Shown here piece by piece: positions 17,900-26,864 of a DNA stretch of 35,708 nucleotides (within the stretch, counting starts at the first letter, position 1; each line of letters begins with the position of its first letter). A program made the position numbers and the translations under genes. Location: contig CAYGDE010000003.1 of NCBI GenBank assembly GCA_964348615.1, forward strand, positions 1-35,708, in the 5' to 3' direction. The stretch is from an uncultured Gammaproteobacteria bacterium. Its GTDB lineage: Bacteria; Patescibacteriota; Microgenomatia; Curtissbacterales; GWA2-41-24. The notes under the pieces were generated by a model. The model saw only the letters and a program-made list of their open reading frames with translations, had not been told where the DNA came from and did not search any database.

Positions 17900-19165
17900 T
17901 TAAAAGAAGACACTTCCAAGCAATAGCAAAGAAGCAATACTCATTATCGCTGTTATTGTAATACCCATATAATTTGAAAATTTAGAATTTGTATAGGTTC
18001 CCATGATTTCTGGGTTGGAGGAAATTAAAAGGATTAATATCATCAGTGGAGGGGCAATCAAACCATTTAAAACGGCTGTGTAATAAAGCATTTTAAAAGG
18101 TGGTACGCCAGAGAAGTTAACCAAAATCCCAACCAGCGTAGCAGCGGCAATTACCGCATAAAAGCCGTGGGCTTTTGTGAATTTACGGTACAAGCCTTCT
18201 CTCCAACCCAATGCTTCAGAAATGGCATAGGAAGCGGACCCTGCAAGAACCGGTACTGCAAGAAGCCCTGTCCCAATTATTCCTGCTGCGAATAAAATAA
18301 ATGTAAAATTACCAGCAATCGGCTGTAGTGCAAGTGCCGCTTCTTGTGCAGTGTCTACATTGTGAATGTTGTTTGCAAAAAGTGTTGCAGCTGCTGTTGT
18401 GATTATAAAAAACATAATAAGATTAGAAAAAAACATACCTACCACTGTGTCTGCCCGCATTTTGCGTATGTCCCTCCTGTCAATTTTGGGTGTGCCTTCC
18501 CCCATTGTTTTGAGTTTATGAGATTCTACTTCCTCTTCTACTTCTTCCCCTGTTTGCCAAAAAAACAAATATGGTGAAATTGTTGTTCCTAAAATGGCAA
18601 TGATGTTAAATAGGTATGCTTTGTTGAGTGAAATTGTTGGAACTACAGTAGATGACAAAACCTGAAGCCAGTCTAACTTTAGTGCAAAAGCTACAATAAC
18701 GTAAGCAAAGAGGGAAAATGTAAGGTACTTTAAAAACTTTGCATAGACTTTGTAAGAAATGAATACCTCTAAAAAAAGTGTAAAAATTGCCATGGGTATG
18801 AGCCATAATACAAATGGCAAATTTATCAATAATTGCGCGGATGAAGCCATTGCTCCGAGGTCTGCACCAATATTTATTGTGTTTGTAACAAAAAGCAGGG
18901 AAACCGCAAAATAAAGTATTGGTTTGGAGTAATGTTTGCGAATTACCCCAGAAATTCCTTTTCCTGTGACCATGCCAATCCTGCCGCACATTTCTTGAAT
19001 CACACTTTGGAAAGGAAAAGAAAACAATGCTGTCCAGAGTTGGGAGTACCCGAATTGCGCACCAGTTTGAGAGTATGTCGCAATCCCTGAAGGGTCGTCG
19101 TCTGAAGCACCAGTTATGAAGCCTGGACCAAGATGCGAGAAGATTTTTTTAAGTTTGTTGTACAC
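17900..19165 (-). CDS. NRAMP/SLC11-family transporter with non-canonical metal-site residues
   Basis: 421 aa, about 11 TMs. LGPGFITGASDDDPSGIATYSQTGAQFGY aligns to the MntH TM1 DPGN region, and ILGTTISPYLFFWQ aligns to the TM6 GATVMPHNLYLH region. Confidence 0.8.
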   Translation of the reverse strand: MYNKLKKIFSHLGPGFITGASDDDPSGIATYSQTGAQFGYSQLWTALFSFPFQSVIQEMCGRIGMVTGKGISGVIRKHYSKPILYFAVSLLFVTNTINIGADLGAMASSAQLLINLPFVLWLIPMAIFTLFLEVFISYKVYAKFLKYLTFSLFAYVIVAFALKLDWLQVLSSTVVPTISLNKAYLFNIIAILGTTISPYLFFWQTGEEVEEEVESHKLKTMGEGTPKIDRRDIRKMRADTVVGMFFSNLIMFFIITTAAATLFANNIHNVDTAQEAALALQPIAGNFTFILFAAGIIGTGLLAVPVLAGSASYAISEALGWREGLYRKFTKAHGFYAVIAAATLVGILVNFSGVPPFKMLYYTAVLNGLIAPPLMILILLISSNPEIMGTYTNSKFSNYMGITITAIMSIASLLLLGSVFF

Positions 19166-19175
19166 TATTTGTGGT

Positions 19176-19847
19176 ATGAGTACACTTTACATTGTATCTA
19201 CACCGATTGGCAATCTTGGCGATATTACATATCGAGCTGTTGAGGTTTTAAAGTCGGTTGACTTAATTGCCTGTGAAGATACTAGAGTTTCATCAAAACT
19301 TCTTGTGAAATATCAAATAGACAAGCCGCTTGTTGCAGTTAATGATTTTAACGAGTCTTCAAAAATTGTCCAGGTACTTTCAATTTTGAGGGAGGGTAAA
19401 AATGTGGCTTTGATTTCTGATGCTGGTACACCTTTAATTTCTGATCCTGGATATAAAATTGTTCGCGAGGCTATTGGTTCCGGTTTTAAAGTCGAATCGA
19501 TTCCAGGCCCTTCGGCTGCTTTGGCTGCTTTGACTGTTTCTGGCTTGCCTTCTGACAAATTTACATTTTGCGGGTATTTGCCTAAAAAGGATGGAAAAAG
19601 AAAATCGGTTTTGGAATCGGTTAAAAAAAACGTGGAAACTGTAAAGTCTACAAGTATTTTTTACGAATCACCATACCGAATTGTAAAAACACTTGAGGAT
19701 ATTAAAAATGTTTTTGGAGATGTTGATATTGTGATTTGCCGAGAACTTACGAAATTGCACGAAGAGGTCAGGCGCGAAAAAATTTCACAATCGATTGAAC
19801 ACTTTTCTAGAACTTTACCGAAGGGCGAATTTGTAATTTTGATTTAA
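19176..19847 (+). CDS. rsmI: 16S rRNA (cytidine1402-2'-O)-methyltransferase RsmI
   Basis: MSTLYIVSTPIGNLGDITYRAVEVLKSVDLIACEDTRVSSKLL is the RsmI/tetrapyrrole-methylase-fold N-terminus. The start is taken at ATG 19176 rather than the ORF-track 19116. Confidence 0.85.
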   Translation: MSTLYIVSTPIGNLGDITYRAVEVLKSVDLIACEDTRVSSKLLVKYQIDKPLVAVNDFNESSKIVQVLSILREGKNVALISDAGTPLISDPGYKIVREAIGSGFKVESIPGPSAALAALTVSGLPSDKFTFCGYLPKKDGKRKSVLESVKKNVETVKSTSIFYESPYRIVKTLEDIKNVFGDVDIVICRELTKLHEEVRREKISQSIEHFSRTLPKGEFVILI

Positions 19848-19850
19848 GCT

Positions 19851-19878
19851 TTGCGCCGGAATGTTGTGGGTATATAAT
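19851..19878 (+). promoter_or_regulatory. Putative promoter TTGCGC-16 nt-TATAAT, 8 nt upstream of ATG 19887
   Basis: -35 at 19851-19856 and -10 at 19873-19878, with no Shine-Dalgarno before the start codon. Confidence 0.35.
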
Positions 19879-19886
19879 TCTAATCT

Positions 19887-21674
19887 ATGATTGACAGAGA
19901 ACTCCCTAGTGTAGGCTTGATGGATCGAGTTCGTGTAGTCGGTAGACACGAGGGTTTGATAGATGCTTACGTTCCTCTTGAACTCATTTCCAGAGAAGGT
20001 GTCGCAGTGGATGAAACACATGTTAGGGATCTTGCAAAATCAATTTCGTTAGAAACAAATGGTGTATATAACGGGCAGCTGTCTCCTATCATTTTGGGTG
20101 ATGTAGCTGGACGTGATAAGTTTGCAATAATAGACGGTTTTCACAGAACTCCTGCGCTGGAGTCTTTAGGTCGGACCGAAGCTTATTGCACTATTAAAGA
20201 AAATTGCACTTGGGAGAATGTTATAGATCTTAGGATTACCTCAACAAGCACACATAAGATTGTGAGATTTCCAAGGCTTATTGGGTGGATGACAGAATCA
20301 TGGTCATTTTCCCCATGGTCAGATAAAATTACTGTGAATCAGGCCTTTGCAATTTCCGTACAAAACAGTACGGCCATCGGAAAAAAATTAGGCTTAGATG
20401 CCGATGACGTTTCCGGTATCACGGATTGGGTGAACGTTAAATGCACTCAATGGAAATATAAACCTGGAAGCATCGCAAGATATTTGTCGATAGCAAAAAA
20501 TGCGGATCCAGAGTTGGTCAGTTCTGTCCGTGATTCTAGAGAAAGTGGTGTACCAAATGCTTTAACCACGAACCATATCGCTGCTCTTTCAAGTATTTTG
20601 CCAGAGCAGTATGAGTTTCAGCGGCTTGTAGCTTCGGTTGTAGATGCTGAAAATTTGACCATTCCAAAAACCAGAATCCTTGCTACTTTTATATCTCAGG
20701 CTGGAAGTGCCTTAGAAGCTCGAAGGATAATTTCTACAGGAATGTGGAGATCTGTTACTACTGTAGAAAGAGCAAGAGGAAAAAAAGAGAAGACCAGGTT
20801 TAGTGAAACTCAGGAGTTAATCGATAAAATCTTTGAAACTGAACTGGAGATTGCAAGATTGTCTATAGAGAATGCCGTATTGTCTGGCAGATACAAGTTT
20901 AATTTAAAGGATTCGATTGAGAATCTTCCTTCTGCTCAAAGGGAAGTTGCAAGGTTAAGGCTCGTTGAGGGTTTTTCTCTTGCTGATACGGCCCGAATAC
21001 TTGGGAAGGAAATTAATAATGTAAAAGTCTTACAATCAATGGCTATAGGGAAACTTATAAAAAGAGATGCTGTAGACGTTTCCCATGATTCTGTGAGCGA
21101 ACCATTTGAGCTGGTTTCTGACCTTCTGGCGCAGGATGAAAAAGTAATAACTTCAAGTGAAATTGAAGTTTTTGGAAACAAACTACGAGAAATTGTACCA
21201 GTTATTACTGCATTTCTTAGATCGAAAGGTATGAAACCTGAACGAATAATGTCTGCCACAACAGAGATTATTATAGACTCCTACTCTGCTTTAGGTCGGG
21301 CATCAGACCAACCAAATACCAGCAGCTCAGACGAGATCCAGCATCTGCTTATTTCAACTATTAGTGATGTACTTTCTAAATTTACTGAAGAAGACCCACG
21401 GAAAGACTTGGAACAACGAAACGTGGAAGTCAAACGCATTACAACAATTATTGGTGAGATTGAAGATGATCTGCGAAATAAGGATAAAGTGAAAAATTAT
21501 TTGTCTTTATTGCCTGCTACATCAAGAAGGGACTTTGTTTTGGCCGAATTTTTTGGCTTAGCACCATTTGAAATTGCGAAAGTTCGAAACGTCAACCTGA
21601 CAGGTGTAACCCGTTCATTGGCCCGCGCTCGTGCCCTTCTTTTAGAAAACATGGTCGAGGATTACGTATCTTAA
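19887..21674 (+). CDS. ParB/sulfiredoxin-like N-terminal domain protein fused to sigma-70 region-4 HTH and an ECF-like sigma2-sigma4 module
   Basis: 595 aa. Residues ~63-95, GQLSPIILGDVAGRDKFAIIDGFHRTPALESLG, form a ParBc-type DGxHR motif. Residues ~347-393, LPSAQREVARLRLVEGFSLADTARILGKEINNVKVLQSMAIGKLIKR, are sigma region 4.2-like. Residues ~430-505 are region-2-like. Residues ~541-588, LPATSRRDFVLAEFFGLAPFEIAKVRNVNLTGVTRSLARARALL, form a second region 4. Confidence 0.75.
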   Translation: MIDRELPSVGLMDRVRVVGRHEGLIDAYVPLELISREGVAVDETHVRDLAKSISLETNGVYNGQLSPIILGDVAGRDKFAIIDGFHRTPALESLGRTEAYCTIKENCTWENVIDLRITSTSTHKIVRFPRLIGWMTESWSFSPWSDKITVNQAFAISVQNSTAIGKKLGLDADDVSGITDWVNVKCTQWKYKPGSIARYLSIAKNADPELVSSVRDSRESGVPNALTTNHIAALSSILPEQYEFQRLVASVVDAENLTIPKTRILATFISQAGSALEARRIISTGMWRSVTTVERARGKKEKTRFSETQELIDKIFETELEIARLSIENAVLSGRYKFNLKDSIENLPSAQREVARLRLVEGFSLADTARILGKEINNVKVLQSMAIGKLIKRDAVDVSHDSVSEPFELVSDLLAQDEKVITSSEIEVFGNKLREIVPVITAFLRSKGMKPERIMSATTEIIIDSYSALGRASDQPNTSSSDEIQHLLISTISDVLSKFTEEDPRKDLEQRNVEVKRITTIIGEIEDDLRNKDKVKNYLSLLPATSRRDFVLAEFFGLAPFEIAKVRNVNLTGVTRSLARARALLLENMVEDYVS

Positions 21675-23273
21675 CTATTCCAATAAATTTCGGCCTGTCA
21701 TTTGAGAAGGTTTGGGGATGTTTAATAAGCCTAAGATTGTTGGTGCAACGTCGGCCAGTATTCCTTGAGTAAGCTGGATGGATTTGCCCTTAAATTCTTT
21801 TGTACAAATAATAAGGGGCGCTGGATTTGCATTGTGTTGAGTTTCGGCATTACCAAGAGAATCTAGCATTTGTTCCGCATTTCCGTGGTCTGAGGTAATT
21901 ACCAAAGCGCCGCCAACTGCAAGTACCGTTTTTTCTAAAATACCCAAGTGAAGGTCTATGCACTTTACGGCTTCAACTGCTGCATGTAAATTTCCCGTAT
22001 GACCCAACATATCGGCGTTGGCGAAGTTTACAACAATAAATTCATAAACACGGCTTTGGATTCTTTTTATTAACTGTTTTGTCATTTCAGGTGCTGACAT
22101 GTCGGGTTTTAGGTCGTACGATGCAACTTTTGGCGAATTAACCAAAAGCCGATCTTCACCTACAAACGGCATTTCTTTCCCCCCATTTAAAAAATATGTA
22201 ACGTGCGCATATTTTTCTGTTTCCGCAATATGAAATTGTCTTTTGCCCCTTTCTGAAAAAACCCTGGCAATTGGCATAGGAATTTCTTCTTTTTCGAAAG
22301 AAACTGCGGAAACCTGAAGACTGCTTTGGTAGTTTGTAAGCGTGACTACGAAAAGGTCCTGCAGTTTTGTGCCTCGGTCAAAAGTACTGACAATATCCCC
22401 TGATGCAGTTTTTACTTTTTCAAAATCATCAAGTACAAATGCTTTGACAATTTGCCTTGCGCGGTCTGGACGAAAGTTAAAAACAATTATGCTGTCGCCT
22501 GCTTTTATGGGCCCTTTAGGTTCGGCGTTTTGGTTTACAATCATTGTCGGTTTGATAAACTCATCCGTTATCCCTTCTGTGTAGGAAATTTCAATTGCAC
22601 CAACCGGATCGTAACTTTTATTTTGTCCTTTTCCCAAAAGTGTCATATATGCCTCTTTTGTTCTTTCCCACCTATTGTCCCTGTCCATTGCAAAGTACCT
22701 TCCGGAAATCGTGGCAACAATACCTAGGTTTTGGGCATTTATTTTTTTTAAAACTTCGAACATATATGCTTTTGCGGATGTTGGCGGACTATCGCGACCA
22801 TCAGTAAAAAGATGTATTTTTACATTTTGCTGGGGAAAGTGGGAAGCTTTTACAAGTTCCAAAATTGCAAAAAGGTGGTTGGTACTACTGTGTACTATCC
22901 CAGAACTTAAAAGTCCCATTATGTGAATATCGGATTTGTTGTTTTGAGCGTGTTCTATTGCTTGGGCAAGTGCTTCATTGTCGTAAAAGGTGCCATTATC
23001 AATGGATGCATTTATTCTCATTAAGTCGCCAAATACGACTTTCCCAGCGCCGATGTTTAGGTGCCCTACTTCGCTATTTCCCGCTTTTTTCGCCGGAAGG
23101 CCAACACTCGAACCGGAAGTTTGTAAGTATGTGTGAGGGTATGAAAACCAAAGCTTATTAAAGTTTTTTGGGTTCGCTTGGGTTATTGCATTGCCAGGGT
23201 AATTATTTGCAATTCCCCATCCGTCTAAGATGCAAAGAACCAAGGGTTTTATTTTGAACGTAGTTTTTAGCAT
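21675..23273 (-). CDS. gpmI: 2,3-bisphosphoglycerate-independent phosphoglycerate mutase
   Basis: 532 aa. LCILDGWG, GNSEVGHLNIGAG, HLFTDGRD, TSDHGNAE motifs. Confidence 0.95.
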   Translation of the reverse strand: MLKTTFKIKPLVLCILDGWGIANNYPGNAITQANPKNFNKLWFSYPHTYLQTSGSSVGLPAKKAGNSEVGHLNIGAGKVVFGDLMRINASIDNGTFYDNEALAQAIEHAQNNKSDIHIMGLLSSGIVHSSTNHLFAILELVKASHFPQQNVKIHLFTDGRDSPPTSAKAYMFEVLKKINAQNLGIVATISGRYFAMDRDNRWERTKEAYMTLLGKGQNKSYDPVGAIEISYTEGITDEFIKPTMIVNQNAEPKGPIKAGDSIIVFNFRPDRARQIVKAFVLDDFEKVKTASGDIVSTFDRGTKLQDLFVVTLTNYQSSLQVSAVSFEKEEIPMPIARVFSERGKRQFHIAETEKYAHVTYFLNGGKEMPFVGEDRLLVNSPKVASYDLKPDMSAPEMTKQLIKRIQSRVYEFIVVNFANADMLGHTGNLHAAVEAVKCIDLHLGILEKTVLAVGGALVITSDHGNAEQMLDSLGNAETQHNANPAPLIICTKEFKGKSIQLTQGILADVAPTILGLLNIPKPSQMTGRNLLE

Positions 23274-23281
23274 AGAAACTA

Positions 23282-24535
23282 TTACGAAAGTTCATGTTCT
23301 ATTTCCAAAAGCCGATTATATTTTGCTACGCGTTCACCCCTGGCAGGTGCCCCAAACTTTGCGTAGTCTGCACCAATTCCTACGGCGAAATCGGCGATAA
23401 AATCATCATTTGTTTCGCCAGACCTGTGAGAAACAACCAACTTAATTGCCGATTTTTTTGCAAAGCTAACTACCTCTAATGTTTCTGTAATTGTGCCTAT
23501 TTGGTTTGGTTTAATAACAATTGCGTTGCAAGCTTTTTGCTCAACTGCCTTTTGCAGCCTTTGCAAGTTTGTTGTGGTTAAATCATCTCCCACAATTAGT
23601 GTGTCTGTGCCAAGTTTTTTTGTAATATCCTGCCAGCTATTCCAATCTTCTTCCGAAAGCGGGTCTTCTACCGAAAGCAGATGGTATTGTTCGTTTATGG
23701 CAATGTAAAATTCGATAAGGTCGGAAGGCGAAAGAGGTATTGGCCGGTCTTTTAACCTGTAACTGTCGCCCGAGTGAAAATTTGAGGCAGCTGCATCTAA
23801 ACTAAAAAATAGGTCAATTCCCAACTTATAATTTGCACTATTCACCGCCTCCTCAATCATTTTGAGTCCGTCTAGATTAGAATACAGGGTCGGTGCAAAC
23901 CCCCCTTCGTCTCCCAAAAGTGCGGAGGCGCTATGAAGTTTTAGTGTTTCTTTAAGCGCGTGATAACTCTCAACGCCAACCTTTAGGCTTTTGGAATATG
24001 AGCTTGATTTTGGCGGAACAATCATAAATTCTTGAAAATCTAGGTTCATATTGCCATGTTTGCCGCCATTTAAAATATTGAACATTGGTGTGGGTATTGT
24101 AAATTGATTAGTTTTTTGCCCAGAAAGTTGCGAAATGTATTGGTAAAGTGGAAGTTTTTGTGAAACGGCTTGTGCTTTTGCGATTGCGCCAGACAGGGAA
24201 AGAATAGTGTTTGCGCCCAGATTCTTTTTTTCGGAAGAACCGTCTTCGGCTATCATCATTGAATCTAGAGCTTTTTGATTTGCAGCGTCTTGGCCTATTA
24301 ATTTTGGCGCAAGGTCTTTTGAAATTTTTTCAAGACAATTTAAAACTCCTAACCCAGCGTATCTTGCAGAATCTTTGTCTCTTAACTCCGTAGCTTCATT
24401 TTTACCTACAGAAGAGCCGGAAGGTACGGAAAAGACGCCAACTGCGCCATCTTCCAAAGCGATTATTGTTTCAATTGTTGGGTTGGCGCGGCTATCTATG
24501 ATTTCCCGGGCAATAATTTTTTTTATCTTAGCCAT
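23282..24535 (-). CDS. eno: Enolase
   Basis: IIAREIIDSRANPTIE N-terminus, SHRSGETNDDFIADFAVG, KYNRLLEIE. Confidence 0.97.
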   Translation of the reverse strand: MAKIKKIIAREIIDSRANPTIETIIALEDGAVGVFSVPSGSSVGKNEATELRDKDSARYAGLGVLNCLEKISKDLAPKLIGQDAANQKALDSMMIAEDGSSEKKNLGANTILSLSGAIAKAQAVSQKLPLYQYISQLSGQKTNQFTIPTPMFNILNGGKHGNMNLDFQEFMIVPPKSSSYSKSLKVGVESYHALKETLKLHSASALLGDEGGFAPTLYSNLDGLKMIEEAVNSANYKLGIDLFFSLDAAASNFHSGDSYRLKDRPIPLSPSDLIEFYIAINEQYHLLSVEDPLSEEDWNSWQDITKKLGTDTLIVGDDLTTTNLQRLQKAVEQKACNAIVIKPNQIGTITETLEVVSFAKKSAIKLVVSHRSGETNDDFIADFAVGIGADYAKFGAPARGERVAKYNRLLEIEHELS

Positions 24536-26810
24536 TTTTTGAAATTAGTTTTCTTTCTGCATCGTAAATTATTTGGCGGGTTATATCAATCTTGTCCGGA
24601 TTTACGGAAATTGAATTTATACCCCAGTCTACCAGTTTTTCAGTTAGTTCTGGGTAAAAAGACGGTGCTTGGCCGCAAATTGAACAGGTAATATTGTATT
24701 CTTTACAAGTTTTTATGACTCTTTGCAGCGCCCAAAGGACAGATTTGTCCATTTCCCAAAATTCGCTTGCAACTTCTTCATTGTCTCTGTCTGTTCCTAA
24801 AATAAGCATGGTTAAGTCGTTGGACCCAATTGAGATACCATCTACACCAACTTTTATAAAGTCTTCAAGACGAATAATGTTCGTTGGCAATTCGGCCATC
24901 ATATAAAACTTGAAGTCCTTGTCTTCAAACATACCTGCTTCTTGGGTGATATCCCTAACTGCTTTTAGCTCTTCGGGTGTTCTTACAAAAGGGATCATGA
25001 GATAAATATTTTTGTGCTTTTTTCTGACTCTTTTTAAAACTTCAAGTTCAAGTTTGAATATGTCTGGGTCTTTAAGATATCGAAATGCCCCTCTGTAACC
25101 GAGCATAGGATTCGATTCTTTCGGCTCATAACTTTCGCCGCCTTTTAAATGCCTATACTCATTAGATTTCAAATCGCTTGCCCTATAAATTACCGGCCTT
25201 GATCCAAAAGCTTTACCAAAAATTTCTAAACCTTTTTGGAAAAGACTAATAAATTCCTCCTGTCTTTTTTCTGCTAAAAACTTTTTAGGGTGAGTGCCTA
25301 TCTGTGCTAACATAAATTCTGCTCTTAAAAGCCCTACACCGTCTACATTATAGGCTGCAATATGGTGTGCAATTTGCGGCTCAGCCAGGTTAACATAAAG
25401 CTTTGTTGCAGTTTTTAAAACACTGCTTTTTTTAATTAGGTTTTTTTCTGCGCTTGCGACTTTTTCTCCCTTTTGTAATCCCCCTTTGTAAACAGCTCCT
25501 TTTGCTCCGTCAACGGTTACAACCATTCCCTCTTTCAATTTTTTGGTAGCATCTTGAGTGCCTACTACACAAGCAATTCCGAGTTCTCTGGAAACGATTG
25601 CTGCATGCGAAGTTCGACCTCCTTTATCTGTGACTATTGCAACCGCTTTTTTCATAGCAGGAACATAGTCTGGATTTGTCATTTCTACAACCAAAACATC
25701 GCCTTTTTGGACGCGGTTAAGTTCTTTGGGGGATTTAATTATGACAACTTTGCCTGATGCTATTGCTGGTGATGCTGGTGCACCAATTACAATCGGCTCT
25801 CTTGGATCGGATTTTTGCTTAAGATCTTCTGCTTTTTTTTGTAAATTTGGCTTTTGGTTTTTTATTGTTGTAATTGGCCGAGTCTGGACAATATAGAGTT
25901 TACCTTTTTCATATGCCCATTCGATGTCTTGCCCGAAATAATAATGGTCTTCAATTTTTTTACCAATCCTTGCCAACTCTTTAATTTTTTCGTCTGGAAG
26001 TTTTTGTGCTTTTTGAAAAGCTTTTGCAATCGGTATAAGCCTGTTGGCAGTTTTAGCTTTTACTAATTGTTTTTCCTGCGCAACAATATTTTTGTTTGTT
26101 ATCTCGAAGTTTTTTTTGCTTATTTCGTAGTGGTCGGGAGTTGCTTGACCACTTACTATCAACTCGCCAAGGCCAAAAACCGCCTCAACCGTAACGGTGT
26201 TTTTATCGTTTGTTACCGGATCCACAGTAAACATAACACCCGAGGTTTCTGACTGAACCATCAGTTGTACGGGCACTGCAATAGCAACTTTAAAGTGGTC
26301 GAATTTTTGCTGGACCCTATAAAAGATTGCCCTGGCTTCAAAAAGTGATGCCCATGCGCCAAGAATAGCTTCTATTAACTCTTTTTTACCCTTGATGTTT
26401 AAAAAGGTTGCTTGCTGTCCTGCGAAGGATGCGTTTGGCAAATCTTCTGCGGTTGCTGAGGACCGTACAGCTACTTGCGCATCATGTCCCTGGGAGAGTT
26501 CGTCGTAAAATTTGAAAATTTGTTGTTCTAGTTCTTTTTCTAGAGTTAAATTTTTAATCTCTTTTTGGCAAAGCAAAGCGGATTTTTGTAGGGCCAATGG
26601 GTCTTCGACATTAAGGCCGTAAAGAATCCCTTTTATCCGGTCTAAGGCACCTGAGGACTTAAAGATTTTCCTATACGCTTGGGCAGTTACAATAAAACCG
26701 TTTGGTACTGGGGCCCCTATTTTTGTCAGTTCACCTAAATTTGCACCTTTGCCGCCGACTTGATCTATGTCGTTTTTGTCTATTTGTAAAAACCAAACTA
26801 CATCTTCCAT
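24528..26810 (-). CDS. ppsA: Phosphoenolpyruvate synthase (pyruvate, water dikinase)
   Basis: 760 aa. ATP-grasp N-domain (VGGKGANLGEL), phospho-His domain GGRTSHAAIVSRELGIA, C-terminal PEP-utilising TIM barrel (ISIGSNDLT). Confidence 0.9.
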   Translation of the reverse strand: MEDVVWFLQIDKNDIDQVGGKGANLGELTKIGAPVPNGFIVTAQAYRKIFKSSGALDRIKGILYGLNVEDPLALQKSALLCQKEIKNLTLEKELEQQIFKFYDELSQGHDAQVAVRSSATAEDLPNASFAGQQATFLNIKGKKELIEAILGAWASLFEARAIFYRVQQKFDHFKVAIAVPVQLMVQSETSGVMFTVDPVTNDKNTVTVEAVFGLGELIVSGQATPDHYEISKKNFEITNKNIVAQEKQLVKAKTANRLIPIAKAFQKAQKLPDEKIKELARIGKKIEDHYYFGQDIEWAYEKGKLYIVQTRPITTIKNQKPNLQKKAEDLKQKSDPREPIVIGAPASPAIASGKVVIIKSPKELNRVQKGDVLVVEMTNPDYVPAMKKAVAIVTDKGGRTSHAAIVSRELGIACVVGTQDATKKLKEGMVVTVDGAKGAVYKGGLQKGEKVASAEKNLIKKSSVLKTATKLYVNLAEPQIAHHIAAYNVDGVGLLRAEFMLAQIGTHPKKFLAEKRQEEFISLFQKGLEIFGKAFGSRPVIYRASDLKSNEYRHLKGGESYEPKESNPMLGYRGAFRYLKDPDIFKLELEVLKRVRKKHKNIYLMIPFVRTPEELKAVRDITQEAGMFEDKDFKFYMMAELPTNIIRLEDFIKVGVDGISIGSNDLTMLILGTDRDNEEVASEFWEMDKSVLWALQRVIKTCKEYNITCSICGQAPSFYPELTEKLVDWGINSISVNPDKIDITRQIIYDAERKLISKNG

Positions 26811-26864
26811 GGGGCTTTATTTGATTGTAGCTGAAACAGTATGCAAGTTAAAAGTAGGCGTTTG

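Noticed and set aside
19116-19175. ORF-track N-terminal extension of rsmI
   Set aside because: It overlaps the 5' end of the NRAMP gene on the other strand. The RsmI family N-terminus (LYIVSTPIGNL) starts at ATG 19176.
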